This document shows positions 36,489-48,293 of a DNA stretch of 64,000 nucleotides, piece by piece. The notes beneath the pieces are model-generated. The model saw only the letters and a program-made list of their open reading frames with translations, ran no database searches and was not told where the DNA came from. The number at the start of each line of letters is the position of its first letter. Positions within the stretch are counted from its first letter, which is position 1. Origin of the DNA: Octopus sinensis (taxonomy: Eukaryota). A program made the translations under genes and the position numbers. The DNA lies in the NCBI RefSeq assembly GCF_006345805.1, contig NC_043003.1, positions 80,352,001 through 80,416,000 on the forward strand, read 5' to 3'.

Positions 36489-36858
36489 GAGGCGCAATTG
36501 CCCAGTGGTTAGGGTAGCGGACTCGCGGTCATAGGATCGCGGTTTCGATTCCCAGACCGGGCGTTGTGAGTGTTTATTGAGCGAAAACACCTAAAAGCTC
36601 CACGATGCTCCGGCAGGGGACGGTGGTGATCCCTGCTGTACTCTTTCACCACAACTTTCTCTCACTTACTTCCTGTTTCTGTTGTACCTGTATTTCAAGG
36701 GCCCGGCCTTGTCACTCTCTGTGTCACGCTGAATATCCCCGAGAACTACGTGTCTGTGGAGTGCTCAGCCACTTACACGTTAATTTCACGAGCAGACTGT
36801 TCCGTTGATTCGGATCAACCGGAACCCTCATCGTCGTAACCGACGGAGTGCTTCCACC
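36489..36858 (+). mobile_element. tRNA-Arg(TCG)-like SINE, family 3 (possibly octopus OR-type), tail A
   Basis: GGCGCAATTGCCCAGTGGTTAGG (A-box), GGACTCGCGGTC anticodon arm, GGTTTCGATTCC (B-box), body GTGTTTATTGAGCGAAAACACCTAAA. Confidence 0.85.
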
Positions 36859-37989
36859 ACATCAATGTGAGTATACATTTGTTGAATTGCAGTGCATTTT
36901 CTGTACGGTGATTCTCATACAAAATATGGGGCAAGTGTGTGCAGTTATGTTCTGCATGAGCCAAGAGACGATTAATGGTTCAAACTGCTTTTCTGGAGTG
37001 TAATGTGTGCATATTTAAGAGTGCAAACGAAGAAAAAATTGGAAACTTAAATCTATTTTTGTGAGCTCAAATCGGAGATATGTGCTGTTTGCTCTTCCTT
37101 GATCGAAATTCGAGAGAATGAGGATTTAAGTAAAATCGAAAGCAAGTCATATATATCGTTGAGTAGCTGTGATATGTGATAGGTGATTCATTGTCAAATT
37201 GGATGTCGTTATGATGTGAATGTATTTACTAATCTCTGGCTAGTTCACCTAATATAAAGCGATCTACTTGCATCTTCTTAATGAAAGTAGTTTCCAGCTA
37301 TATTGTCTACATTTTCTAATTTTCAGTTCTCGTTCTCAATTTTATACCTATGACTAACATTTTCAATCTTTTGAACTATATCTCACTTTATCCTTTTGCT
37401 CCTTCTAACACTTGCTTATTATGGAACATACACTTTGTAAACTGTTGAAAGATTGCTTTCTCACTCTTAAACTCTATTCATATGAACACTCCATTCTTTT
37501 ACAGAACTCGCATCTTCCTTCATCAGGTAAGTTGTTGCAATATATCACTGAAGTAGCTATGTGAATCAGAATGAGCCACAGCTGCTGTACTAAATAAACT
37601 CATTAGCTGCGTTGAGGCTCGATATGATTATCTCTTTGAAATCAAAGAGATAAACGACAACAGTGGGCAGCTGCTTCGAAACTTCCATCTTGTATATGCT
37701 TATTATACATTTACATTTATACGAAAAACTTTGTGTACTTGCTTGCATGAGTAAATACCCAGCTGAAAATCTAGACAGGCTAAGGTTTTAAGAAAAAGAA
37801 ACCAACCAACTTGCACATTATATATGCACTCTGTAATTGAAACAGTATAAATATGAAAGACTTCTGTGAACTTTAAAATGTGACACTATTTTTCATATCT
37901 ACATTTAAACGATGGATTTTTTTATCTTTGTTAGAAGGCAGCTCCTTTTCCAGAGAAATATTTCAAATACTGAAAAGCAGAATAGTATA

Positions 37990-38037
<48 letters not shown>

Positions 38038-38882
38038 TGCTTGTATATAGGTCGGTGTATCTGTGTCGTTCTGTTTTTGTGTATGCATATGTACTCACGC
38101 GCAATATGTCTGCATTTGTGTCTTTATCCATTTTTCGTTTTACACTTGCCTGATATCAGTGTTTATATTTTTATATTTTACAATTCATTACTTAGTGGTC
38201 GTGAGAAAAGGCAGAAAGACTAAGTGCCAAGTAGAAATCTATAATGGTGTCGTTTAAAAAAAATCGTTCGTCCAGTGGAATTATCGAAAGCAGCATAAAA
38301 ATTAATAGATTACTTTATCGTATTTGAAAATATTTCATTTAATATTCTGGTTTAAAATTCCTTACTTTGTATATTACTTATATTCTATTTTGTTGTAAGC
38401 TTTATATATATATTTTTTCATCAAAATGAACTTAATCAATCAAATTTCAGCTAAAGTAATTTAATAGATGTTACATCTGTACTGTTTTAATGTATATTAT
38501 TTATGCATGTAAGTATGTAGTTGTTACGTATGTACGTATATAACTATATATTTATGTAATTGTGTATGTTGTATGTGTGTGTATGAAATTTCTGCAATTA
38601 GAGGTAATTTCTTTCTTTGTTAAGAGGATGTAAAAACAATATTTTTCATTATTCTAGAAGCGATTAATCAGTTAAGCGGTCGTCTGAATTTCAGCATGAA
38701 TCGATTAAAATCTTGTAACAAATGTATTCTTGTTTCAACTGGATAGCTTCGTGATGGAAACTATACGCCTATTGTTAAAATAATCAAAAACAAATTTAAA
38801 ATCCCATTTCCATCTTACCATCGCTGAATATAATAATGTTGAGATTATAGGAAAATAGAATCAAGTTGGTATAGTTTCTCAG

Positions 38883-39098
38883 AGGCGGCGAGCTGGCAGA
38901 AACGTTAGCACAGCCGTATTTCGTCTACCGTTACGTTGTGAGTTCGAATTCCGCCGAGGTCGACTTTGTCTTTCACCCTTTCGGGGTCGATAAATCAAGT
39001 ACCAGTTAGGCACTTGGGTCGATGTAATCGACTTAATCCGTTTGTCTGTTCTTATTTGTCCATTCTGTGTTTGGCCCCTTGTGGGTAGTCAAGAAATA
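38883..39098 (+). mobile_element. SINE family 1, tail type 1; young copy with small head deletion
   Basis: Nearly identical to the reverse complement of 8471-8702. Confidence 0.92.
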
Positions 39099-40867
39099 AG
39101 TAAAGTTTCTCAGTTACTGCTACATTACTTGTATTGTCAGCATTTAGTTTGCAGTAGGTGGTGGTACTTAGTCTCTGTGTAGGTCATATTTGATCAATGA
39201 GATCAACACTTAAGGCGTGTCTCTTGATGGTTGAGAACTGCAGAAAAACATACAGAAAACAAGAGCAGGGAAGATATATAAGTGACCTGACGATCATATT
39301 ATCTGAGTAGAAAAGAGAGAGTTTGTGCTGTGGGATCAACGGGACCGGTACAATATGGGTAACAAGATTAAAGGAAATGCGTGAGTGTGAAGAACTAAAT
39401 TAGAAGTGACACAGAACATATCAAAAGAGCACCTCTCACTATAATTATGGAGAAACAGTATAAGTTTCGGGGTGTCTTGGTGAGGGACTTCATTAAATTA
39501 TGGCTGTCACATGCCGTTTTTTATGCGGTCTAGGACGGTTTTTACCTAGTGTAAAACCATCGCCGGAGATGTGAGAGAGGGGCTATAAATATTGCAATAC
39601 CAACATTTCCAATCAGAACTATACGGCAAAATAGAGATACCAGGTAGAAAGAAAAAGAAAAAAAAGAACGCAGAATGCTTGTCAGTGATTGAAGCAATTA
39701 ACAATCAATTAATAATGACTTCTAATTATTTTTACATAGATTGACAATATTTTGCTATATTCATTAGAACTGCTATTTATTTTTTACATTATATCTTCTC
39801 TCTTGTTGTTGTGAAACTTGTATCATTCAAATTTACTGGTTCATACAATTTTATAATATCATAAGATAATAAATTCGATAATAAGGAATGTGTGTCCTCT
39901 ATGAATATCTAATATCTCTGCTTCGAGGAATGTCAGTTCGATAGATTTCCAATACGGCCTAATAAATATGGAAAGTACAGCCATTATCTACGAAGCCCTT
40001 CATCATAACCACAAGTGAGACAAAATTAGAGGGATGCTTCAACCATGTGTTGTTCAATTTAGTGAAGGACTTGGCCAATCAGTAGTGAATCTTGTCTCAC
40101 GGCCATACAATATCTATTATCTGTCAAAAGTGAGCTGAGTGGAGAGGTTTCGGTTCATGGAATAGTCAGATGCATTGAATGCCTAGAGTCACAGACGGCT
40201 TTAAGAATCTCAAGTAGTTTAAACATTCAATTGAAATTACTTATCGCATTTACTTTCGTTCCATCATTCGTTTATTTCTGTCATATTTGTTTTCTCTTAC
40301 GCACATTTTTTTTTTATCTAATTTCTTTAAAGATAGTTTCCTCTCCACTCCACAAAGATTTCTAACAATATGAATAAACAACTAAATCTAATAATAATAT
40401 TTCACATCAAGTTGGAAAATTTATTTTCTTTTGAGTGTTTTCTTAATAGAATAATATTGTATATTTTCTGTTTATCACTCTCATTTCTAAATTGCAACGT
40501 AATGTCCAGGGTTAAAAATGATTTCAAGGATGTGTATATGTATATAATGCAATGCACGTATAAACACACATATACACAAAAACACGCGCGCGCGCGAATT
40601 CATGCATACTAATACACTAGTACACAGACATATATATGTGTGTGTATGTATTCGTATGAATATATATCTTAGCTTAGAAAAAAAAGCATCCTCAGTTGTC
40701 TGTCTACGGAACTTTACGTTTTGAGTTCTAATTTGTTACAGACCTGCTTTGCCTTTATATTCTCAAAATTGATAACTTAAGATATCAGTCGTTAAAATGT
40801 GTTCTGGCGACAAGCTCTTTAATATACCCCAGTAAGTTCTCAGGCTAATTACCTATGCGAACAATAT

Positions 40868-40868
<1 letters not shown>

Positions 40869-40929
<61 letters not shown>
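40869..40929. repeat. (TATC)n tetranucleotide repeat
   Basis: Visible run. Confidence 0.96.
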
Positions 40930-40930
<1 letters not shown>

Positions 40931-42388
40931 GATAAATAGATAGATAGATGTTATGAGCATATCATTTTACGGCAAAATGTGGTTTATAGGAGTGTGATGT
41001 ACACGCCCATGCATGTGTCTGCGTGTGTAACTGTACACATAAGTGTGCGGGGATAAACGGTACAGCTAAGAAACTACGTGGTCATTGGTTCAATCCCACT
41101 GAGTGGTATATAAGGAAGTGGCTACTCCATTATCGCAGTGATTGAAACACGACAAACAGGACAGTATGTAGAAGTCTGTTCCTGTTTGTTGGCGGGGTGG
41201 GAGTTTGGTACCGTCACCTACCTTGTTGAAATGTTGGCGGAGCTCATCCTGTAGCAAGCATTCTGTCCAGATCTCTCACCAGTAGATAATATAATACATT
41301 CTGCACAACAACCTTGCATACCCAGAAGAATGTTACAGATGCAATCCTTCTTTCCCCAACTATACTACCGTAAATATTTAATCAGTCAAAAAAGTCACCG
41401 ACGTTGTTTTATTGCATTTCTACTGACGTCTTATTCGTAAAATATCTTATGAATTCCAAATGAATTAAAAGTCAATTTCGTGTGCATAAACTGTTGATAT
41501 CCATATACATTAACGTTAATATCTTTGATGGAAATATCGTATAGAAGGTATAGGCAGAACAGTAAATATTACCTTGTTAATGTAAGTTAGTGTTTTTCTG
41601 TATGTGATACTACCCTGACTTGTATACGACACAGAAAAAGTGAATACAATTGCTCTGGTTAATGTCGACGCCATTAAACAAAATGAAGCGTTCATATATT
41701 CTTTCATATCAAACTGAGATGATCGTTAATTTATTCGGAAAGCTGCTTCTTTGTTAATTATATACATATTCTTTAAAAAAAATCACGTAGATCACATATC
41801 ACAGAATACATTTATGTTTAGAGAATACTATCCTGACATTAGAAGAGAAAGTATCATAATTTCGTTTCATATTGTCTATTTTGGATAAGTAAAGTTAATT
41901 TCTTATATATATTTAATGACCTATACTACCCCCATTTAATAAATATATCTCAGTTTCACTCAACTACGTTATGATCCAATCTTTTACACAGATGTTTTGT
42001 CTATTTCGAATAAAATTTTCTTTAAGAGATGATCATTTTAATGTAGATAATACTTGGCAATTTTATCTGTATTAGTATGTGGAATGCGGCCGTCCTGATG
42101 CACCTACTTGAAGGTATTTATTCGAGCATAAATTCGTCGGTAGTCATATTGATTTCATTATACGTTTATGGATTTGTACGTATTTTTACGTTGCCACTGT
42201 TTGATATAAAATGACCTTACTCGTCGCAATCATTTATAAAGGCTTATACCAGATATGCACTTGCCCATACATATTACATACAGACAAACAATTATACTTA
42301 GAAACACATAGACGCATACATTCAATATCCAGATACACGCATATATTTCTGTGCGTAATATATACGAACACACAGACACAGACACACG

Positions 42389-42389
<1 letters not shown>

Positions 42390-42425
<36 letters not shown>

Positions 42426-42443
42426 ATATATATTTATTTATTC

Positions 42444-42494
<51 letters not shown>

Positions 42495-42525
42495 CATACA
42501 CTGTTTGTGTCGATGTCTGTGTATC

Positions 42526-42556
<31 letters not shown>

Positions 42557-42571
42557 CTATCTATCTAGCTA

Positions 42572-42629
<58 letters not shown>

Positions 42630-42630
42630 C
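42390..42630. repeat. Compound (CA)/(TA)/(TG)/(TATC)/(TC) microsatellite
   Basis: Visible runs. Confidence 0.93.
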
Positions 42631-42949
42631 AGCAAAACAGGAGACACCGGAAGGGACAACTTTTAAAATATGTTACGCTAGTGTTATGAGAAAGAGTCTT
42701 GATTCTTGACGCCTTGAACGATTGTTCTACGCCAAGAGAAATAAAATAATGAATTGATTTGGTGAGAATGATAAAACGTATGAGAAAATGTTTGGAAAAA
42801 ACGTTAGGCTCGATGTGGGAATGCAGTTCTACGAGTAAGTTAAGAAGTGTGGAGGAGATGTGTTGGAGTTTTCAGTTATAGAAGTGTAAATGTGAATAGA
42901 AATAGGCATAGAGGAGACGGTGTGTCTGTGGTTCTATGGGATGTGTGTA

Positions 42950-44030
42950 CGTGAGACGTGCACGAGTGTGGGAATGTAGCATCCTGAAATAGTGTGAGTA
43001 GATAAATTGAAGTTGTAAGCGTATGAATGTGAGAGCAATGCGTAAAGATATGCCAGGCAATGCGTAGCTACATGCCAGGCAAGTTCTTTCCAACTTGTTT
43101 TCTCCCAAACGTTGAACGAGGGTATTGAACCTTGGTTAGAGATGTGAATTGTCTGTACTTCTTTTCATATTTTTTAATGATCTGGATTGACATGCGAAGC
43201 CGTTGTCGAAATCGTATTAGAATCTATGGGTGTAGGATCGGATGGCTGATATTTGTAAAGGGCAAGGTGGTACTTGACTAATCAGGAGCTGATCTCTGGC
43301 ATACATTGAATCGGTTTGAAACGAATGCTGCAAGTGCAGGATAGGTATTAGTGTTGTGAAGACTAAGACATTAGTCCTTTCAAGAAACCTGTCCGAAAGC
43401 ACTCTTCATGATAGTGGAACATCAATGAGAGAAGTGAATAAGTTAAATATCACGGAGCGGTATTTGCGAGTGATGGAGAACATGTGGTAGAATTAGAACA
43501 AATGCTGAAGCAGTAATACACCCGCTCCAGCTTTTGATCCTCAGAAAAGAAGTCGGTAAAAAAACCAAACTCGCTGCCTTCGATTCGGTTTTCGTGCCTA
43601 TCCTCACATACGCTCATCACTGTTGGGTAATAACGGAATAAGCATCACCGTGAATATAAACAACTGAAACAGGTTTCTTTCGAAGGATCTTTGGAATAAT
43701 GTCTGTCGACAGCTTGCGTAGCTCGGATATCAGAGTATCGATCGAGGCCGAACTTAATGATTCCCGTCGTTGATCAGTGATAACTCCGGTGCTATGGGCA
43801 TGGAACTAAAATATCACAGAAACGAATTGTGAGACGGATGGTGGAAGCCATGCTGGCTGGCAGGAAACTTATAAATAGACTAAGAACCAGACGATTGGAT
43901 AGTATGCATAATATCAGTTAGTCGCGCCTGGAAATCCGGTCGAAAAATCTAATGTTGGTTGTTTCTAACAGGACCTGTAATGGACGTCCCTGATGATTTT
44001 ATCCTCACGTCCTTCCCAGGAATAGTGGCA
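42950..44030 (+). mobile_element. RTE-clade LINE RT/C-terminal fragment, degraded
   Basis: KTKTLVLSR..; VFASDGE; FDSVFVPILTYAHHCWVITE; ETGFFRRIFG; RCYGHG; RTRRLDS: the RTE C-terminal motif series. Confidence 0.75.
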
Positions 44031-46539
44031 AAGTCATTTTCTACAATTAATACATCCAAAATAGATATTCACGTCAATTTTATTTTTCACACGTTTGTAT
44101 ATTTTTTGGAGGGAGTAATAAATTTCAAATCAGTTTGATTTAAGAAATTAATGCAGCTATGAATATGGCACATTTTCCTGTCATGGAGATGGCTGGTGGG
44201 AAATGAATAATATTGTTAATTCTCGTAGAAATGCTCCTTATCTCCTTAATTTATCAATCAAGTTAGATAACTTGACAATTACAGCGGAAAAGTTTTCTAG
44301 TTGAAAACTGTTAATTTCATAACAGACATGCACGTTTTACTATCTCATTCATAATTCAAGCCATTCATGTATAAAATTCGGATGATTCTACCCATTAACT
44401 TGCGTAAACATACATACTTTATGAAGTCAATTGCGAGAAATTAATTTTTTCTGACCTCTTAAGTCATTCAGGCAACTTCAAATATACTCTAATACAAATC
44501 CATCAGCAGAATTTCGAATCACTTTCGATAAATGTTACAATTTTAAGCCCTCGTTTTTTCCTTTCGCATTTGCAACTGAGCAAAATATTATTTCAATTTT
44601 AGGCTTTATAAAGTCTCTCACCCGAAACTTACAACTTCATGGAACGATAATTTCAACAAACGATAAGGTTCACACTTCCTTTTCAATTTCGTATTTTGAA
44701 ATACACACGCAAGTGCACACACACACAAATACACACAAAAGCTCATACACGAATTTTTTCACAAGCCCCATTTATAAAAAGAAATTATGTATACTCTGTT
44801 TCGTGTAGCTGCGGCCCTAGTATAAAAGAACAACATTTCATAGAGGCCAAATGAAATGAACACTTCAAACTGCAATTTCTGGAACCCACCTAATTTTCTA
44901 CTTGACCAGACAGGCATGTTTCGTTTAGTTCACTGCGAAGCAAGGTCATTTCTATTTCGCCAAATAGAGGAATAAAGAACCAAACCAAATGAAAAATACA
45001 TTGAACTGCACAAGCGACTTCAAAGGGAAGACGCTTAAGTCGCTTCTTTGAAATTAGCTACTCACTGTAACTTTGACTCTATTTTTTATGAAATAAGTTT
45101 CCTCAACTTGACTAAATACGATGCCTTAGCACATTCCACATATTTATTTTCAAAGATCAAATCTATTTCTTCCAATTTCTTCTTTCTACCACTGACCCAT
45201 AATTTGTTCTCAATAGAATTACTATTGAGCATACTTATTTATAGAAAATATGTTCCGGATGAGAATGTTGGCTGTTAATTCGGAATTTTCTGACATTTTT
45301 CTAGTTATACAGATAGAATAAAGAACATAAAGAAAACAGGTTCCATCACGTATCCGCACGTTTGTATGAAAGATTAGTCCTGCCGAAGATATGTACGAAA
45401 GATTGCTGTATACGGGTATCTGAGATCATAGAAAGTCTTAATCAAAAGTTAGCAGAAATTTAAAAAAATAAAAAACCAAAAACCAAAAACAAAAGTGAAT
45501 GGGTGATGAATTGGAAGGCAATCATTATGAAGGTCCGTTATATCTATATAATTCATAGTGATCAGATAACCCCCACGAAACGAAAATTCGATATCAAAGT
45601 TGACATGATAGTCTCGAATACTAAAGAAATTGTATGCCTCATAGTGCGCTACCAGGAACACTGAACACCAAAACAGCTTTCTTTTCATGTTGTATCATGT
45701 TTCGATATTCACTTTAATATTTGAAATTTGGATTTCATTTTGACATAACTTTGCCATTGCATCATCTCATCCTTGATATACGAGGCTCAATTTCCCATTT
45801 CTATTTTTCAGTATCAAACGGTTCATTCATTGAATTACCCACTACTAGTGCTTTTTTCAATAATGTGGGCTACGCAGAAATAGATTTTCTAATTTATAAG
45901 AACAGATATGCACAACGAACCAAACCGTTAGCTATCAACCATTACAATTCACCACTTGTCGCGTCTTCCCTCTGTTTTGTAATTCCCGACGAAGACATTC
46001 TCGGATATACTGTGCTGACATTATCCGTTCTGCCAGTTCTTTATTGTCATCAATATATCGTCCAGTCGTTCAAGTAAATTTTTCCTTTTATTTACTGTTA
46101 CAGGATGTAATCTCTTTATTCTTCAGCCTGGTAGATTTTATGATATATCGACGAGAATTAGAGGTTTGTAAAATGCCTAAGTATTGTACGTACATGTCTG
46201 TGTATGTGTACATTAAAGAGTATGCATATACCTATATGCATGCATATATACCTTCAGAGACATATATGCATATCTATCTACATATCTAACTTTAGGAAGA
46301 AGACCTGTCCGCAACTGTTCTTCTGTTTCCAGTTGGAAAAGAATGGTCTTCTCCTTAATGGTACGTTGATGTTGGCGAATTGTCTACTGCCTGAAATTAT
46401 ATCCTTTTCTCATTGAGGATAAGTTGCAAATGGTGGAATTGTAGTTATATGTTTTTGTCCAGAAGTTAGATGGAATGAATCAGTAAGTTATAGCGTATGC
46501 CATATAAAATGCCTTCCCTCATTTCTATTGAATTTGTCT

Positions 46540-46607
46540 ATCTGTGTGTGTGTATGTATGTATGCATGTATGTATGTATTTATGTATGTATATAAATATA
46601 TATGTGC

Positions 46608-46702
<95 letters not shown>

Positions 46703-46704
46703 TC

Positions 46705-46785
<81 letters not shown>
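46540..46785. repeat. Long (TA)n microsatellite
   Basis: Visible run. Confidence 0.95.
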
Positions 46786-46788
<3 letters not shown>

Positions 46789-46877
46789 TTCAAATGTATA
46801 AAAAATAAAAGACAACGACAGGGGAAGGAGAAAAAAAAACAAAAATATTAGATTAACGCTCGGGAATAATAGAAAAG

Positions 46878-46915
46878 CCTTTGACGTTTCGAGACTGCAC
46901 CCTTTGATAGAAAGG
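46878..46915 (-). mobile_element. PLE terminal-repeat-like stub with dead hammerhead
   Basis: CCTTT-CTATCAA-AGGGTGCAGTCTC-GAAA-CG-TC-AAAGG: stem I and GAAACGTC retained, CUGANGA eroded. Confidence 0.45.
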
Positions 46916-46954
46916 GATGAGTGAAGAAAGTGCGAAAAGAAAGAGAACAGAGAA

Positions 46955-47000
<46 letters not shown>

Positions 47001-47852
47001 ACATACACACACATGTATATATGAGTATGATGAAAACTTTCGTAATTGAAAGTAAGGTGCTCTCAACGTTTGTGATTTTATTTACTGCAAAATGTTAGTG
47101 AAAATAAACTTGCAGCTGTCAGTATTAATCAAACATATCTAAATTATAAGAGATGATTCTTTTACCATTTGAAATTCTTCTACACAGTCTCTTTTAGAAA
47201 AACGGATGCTGTGATTAAGCATGTTGATTTTGCACTTTAAATGAAAAACGGATTTCATGTCAAAGGAAAAGTTATTTCATACCACCTCATGCAACATTTG
47301 TGAGATCCTTAATGTTAAAATATCGAATGCTGTTTTATGATTTTTACCCACAGATAATTTTCTTTAACTCCAATATTAATTAATAAAATCTGATGCTTCC
47401 TTTTTTCCAATTGGAATAAATACACAACATGATAAACGGAAGCAAATATATCCAGACTTAATCACTTTTTTTAAACATGCATCTTCATTCCTGATCTAGA
47501 ACCGTATGATTTAAGTATTCTCTCAGTATCCCTAGTCTGTTAACACAAATGCGGTTCCTGATTGTAATAATTCAGCAAACAACCATTTCTAACAGAAATG
47601 ATGCTGAATCTTCCACGGCATGATGACAGAGCAATTAGTTCACGCTTTCAAATACTTACATTTTCAGCATGGTTAGTTTTTAATAATTCTTCACGAAATT
47701 CTCTGAGTGGGTTTTGCAACTTAGAGAAGGCGTTTATTGAACATTTTCTACGTTTCCTGCAAAATCTTTCTGTACTTACAAAAAGTGTAAGAAGTGTGGG
47801 GTGAAACATTGAGACTAACAAACTGGATAATCACACTTTCGATCTATACTGT

Positions 47853-48030
47853 GGCGGTGGGCTTGCACAATCGTTGGTATGCCGGGAACAATGCTGGCAT
47901 GCTGGGTTCAAATACCGCCGTGGTCATCTTTGTCTTTCATCCTCGCAGGGTCCATAAAATAAGTACCAGATGTAACCAACTTAGCCACTCCGACGAAATT
48001 GCTAGCCTTGTGCCACAATCTGAAACCAAT
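47853..48030 (+). mobile_element. SINE family 1, old copy, tail type 2
   Basis: GGCGGTGGGCTTGCACAATCGTTGG head, GGGTTCAAATACCGCCG B-box, tail GCTAGCCTTGTGCC. Confidence 0.72.
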
Positions 48031-48248
48031 ATTCCAATTTGCACTACTTCAAAGAATGAAGAATGCACACTTTGCTCTGATATTATGTATCTTACTAAAG
48101 AACCTCTATTGTACAAACGGTTCCACTAGCATAAACAAAATGCGAAGCCACCGAAAATATTCAAAACATCGCATAGCATATAATTTACTAAATTTGAAGG
48201 TTGCAAAATTATCGAATATTTGTATCACAGTCTCAAAATATATTTGTT

Positions 48249-48293
<45 letters not shown>

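Noticed and set aside
36489-36565. tRNA-Arg-like cloverleaf (also 57086-57160 and the heads of the other SINEs)
   Set aside because: Acceptor and T arms are imperfect and each head continues into a repeated SINE body; these are SINE heads, not tRNA genes.
46463-46482. 20-nt AG..GTAAGT microexon-like pair
   Set aside because: Weak acceptor context; shows that such pairs occur by chance here.
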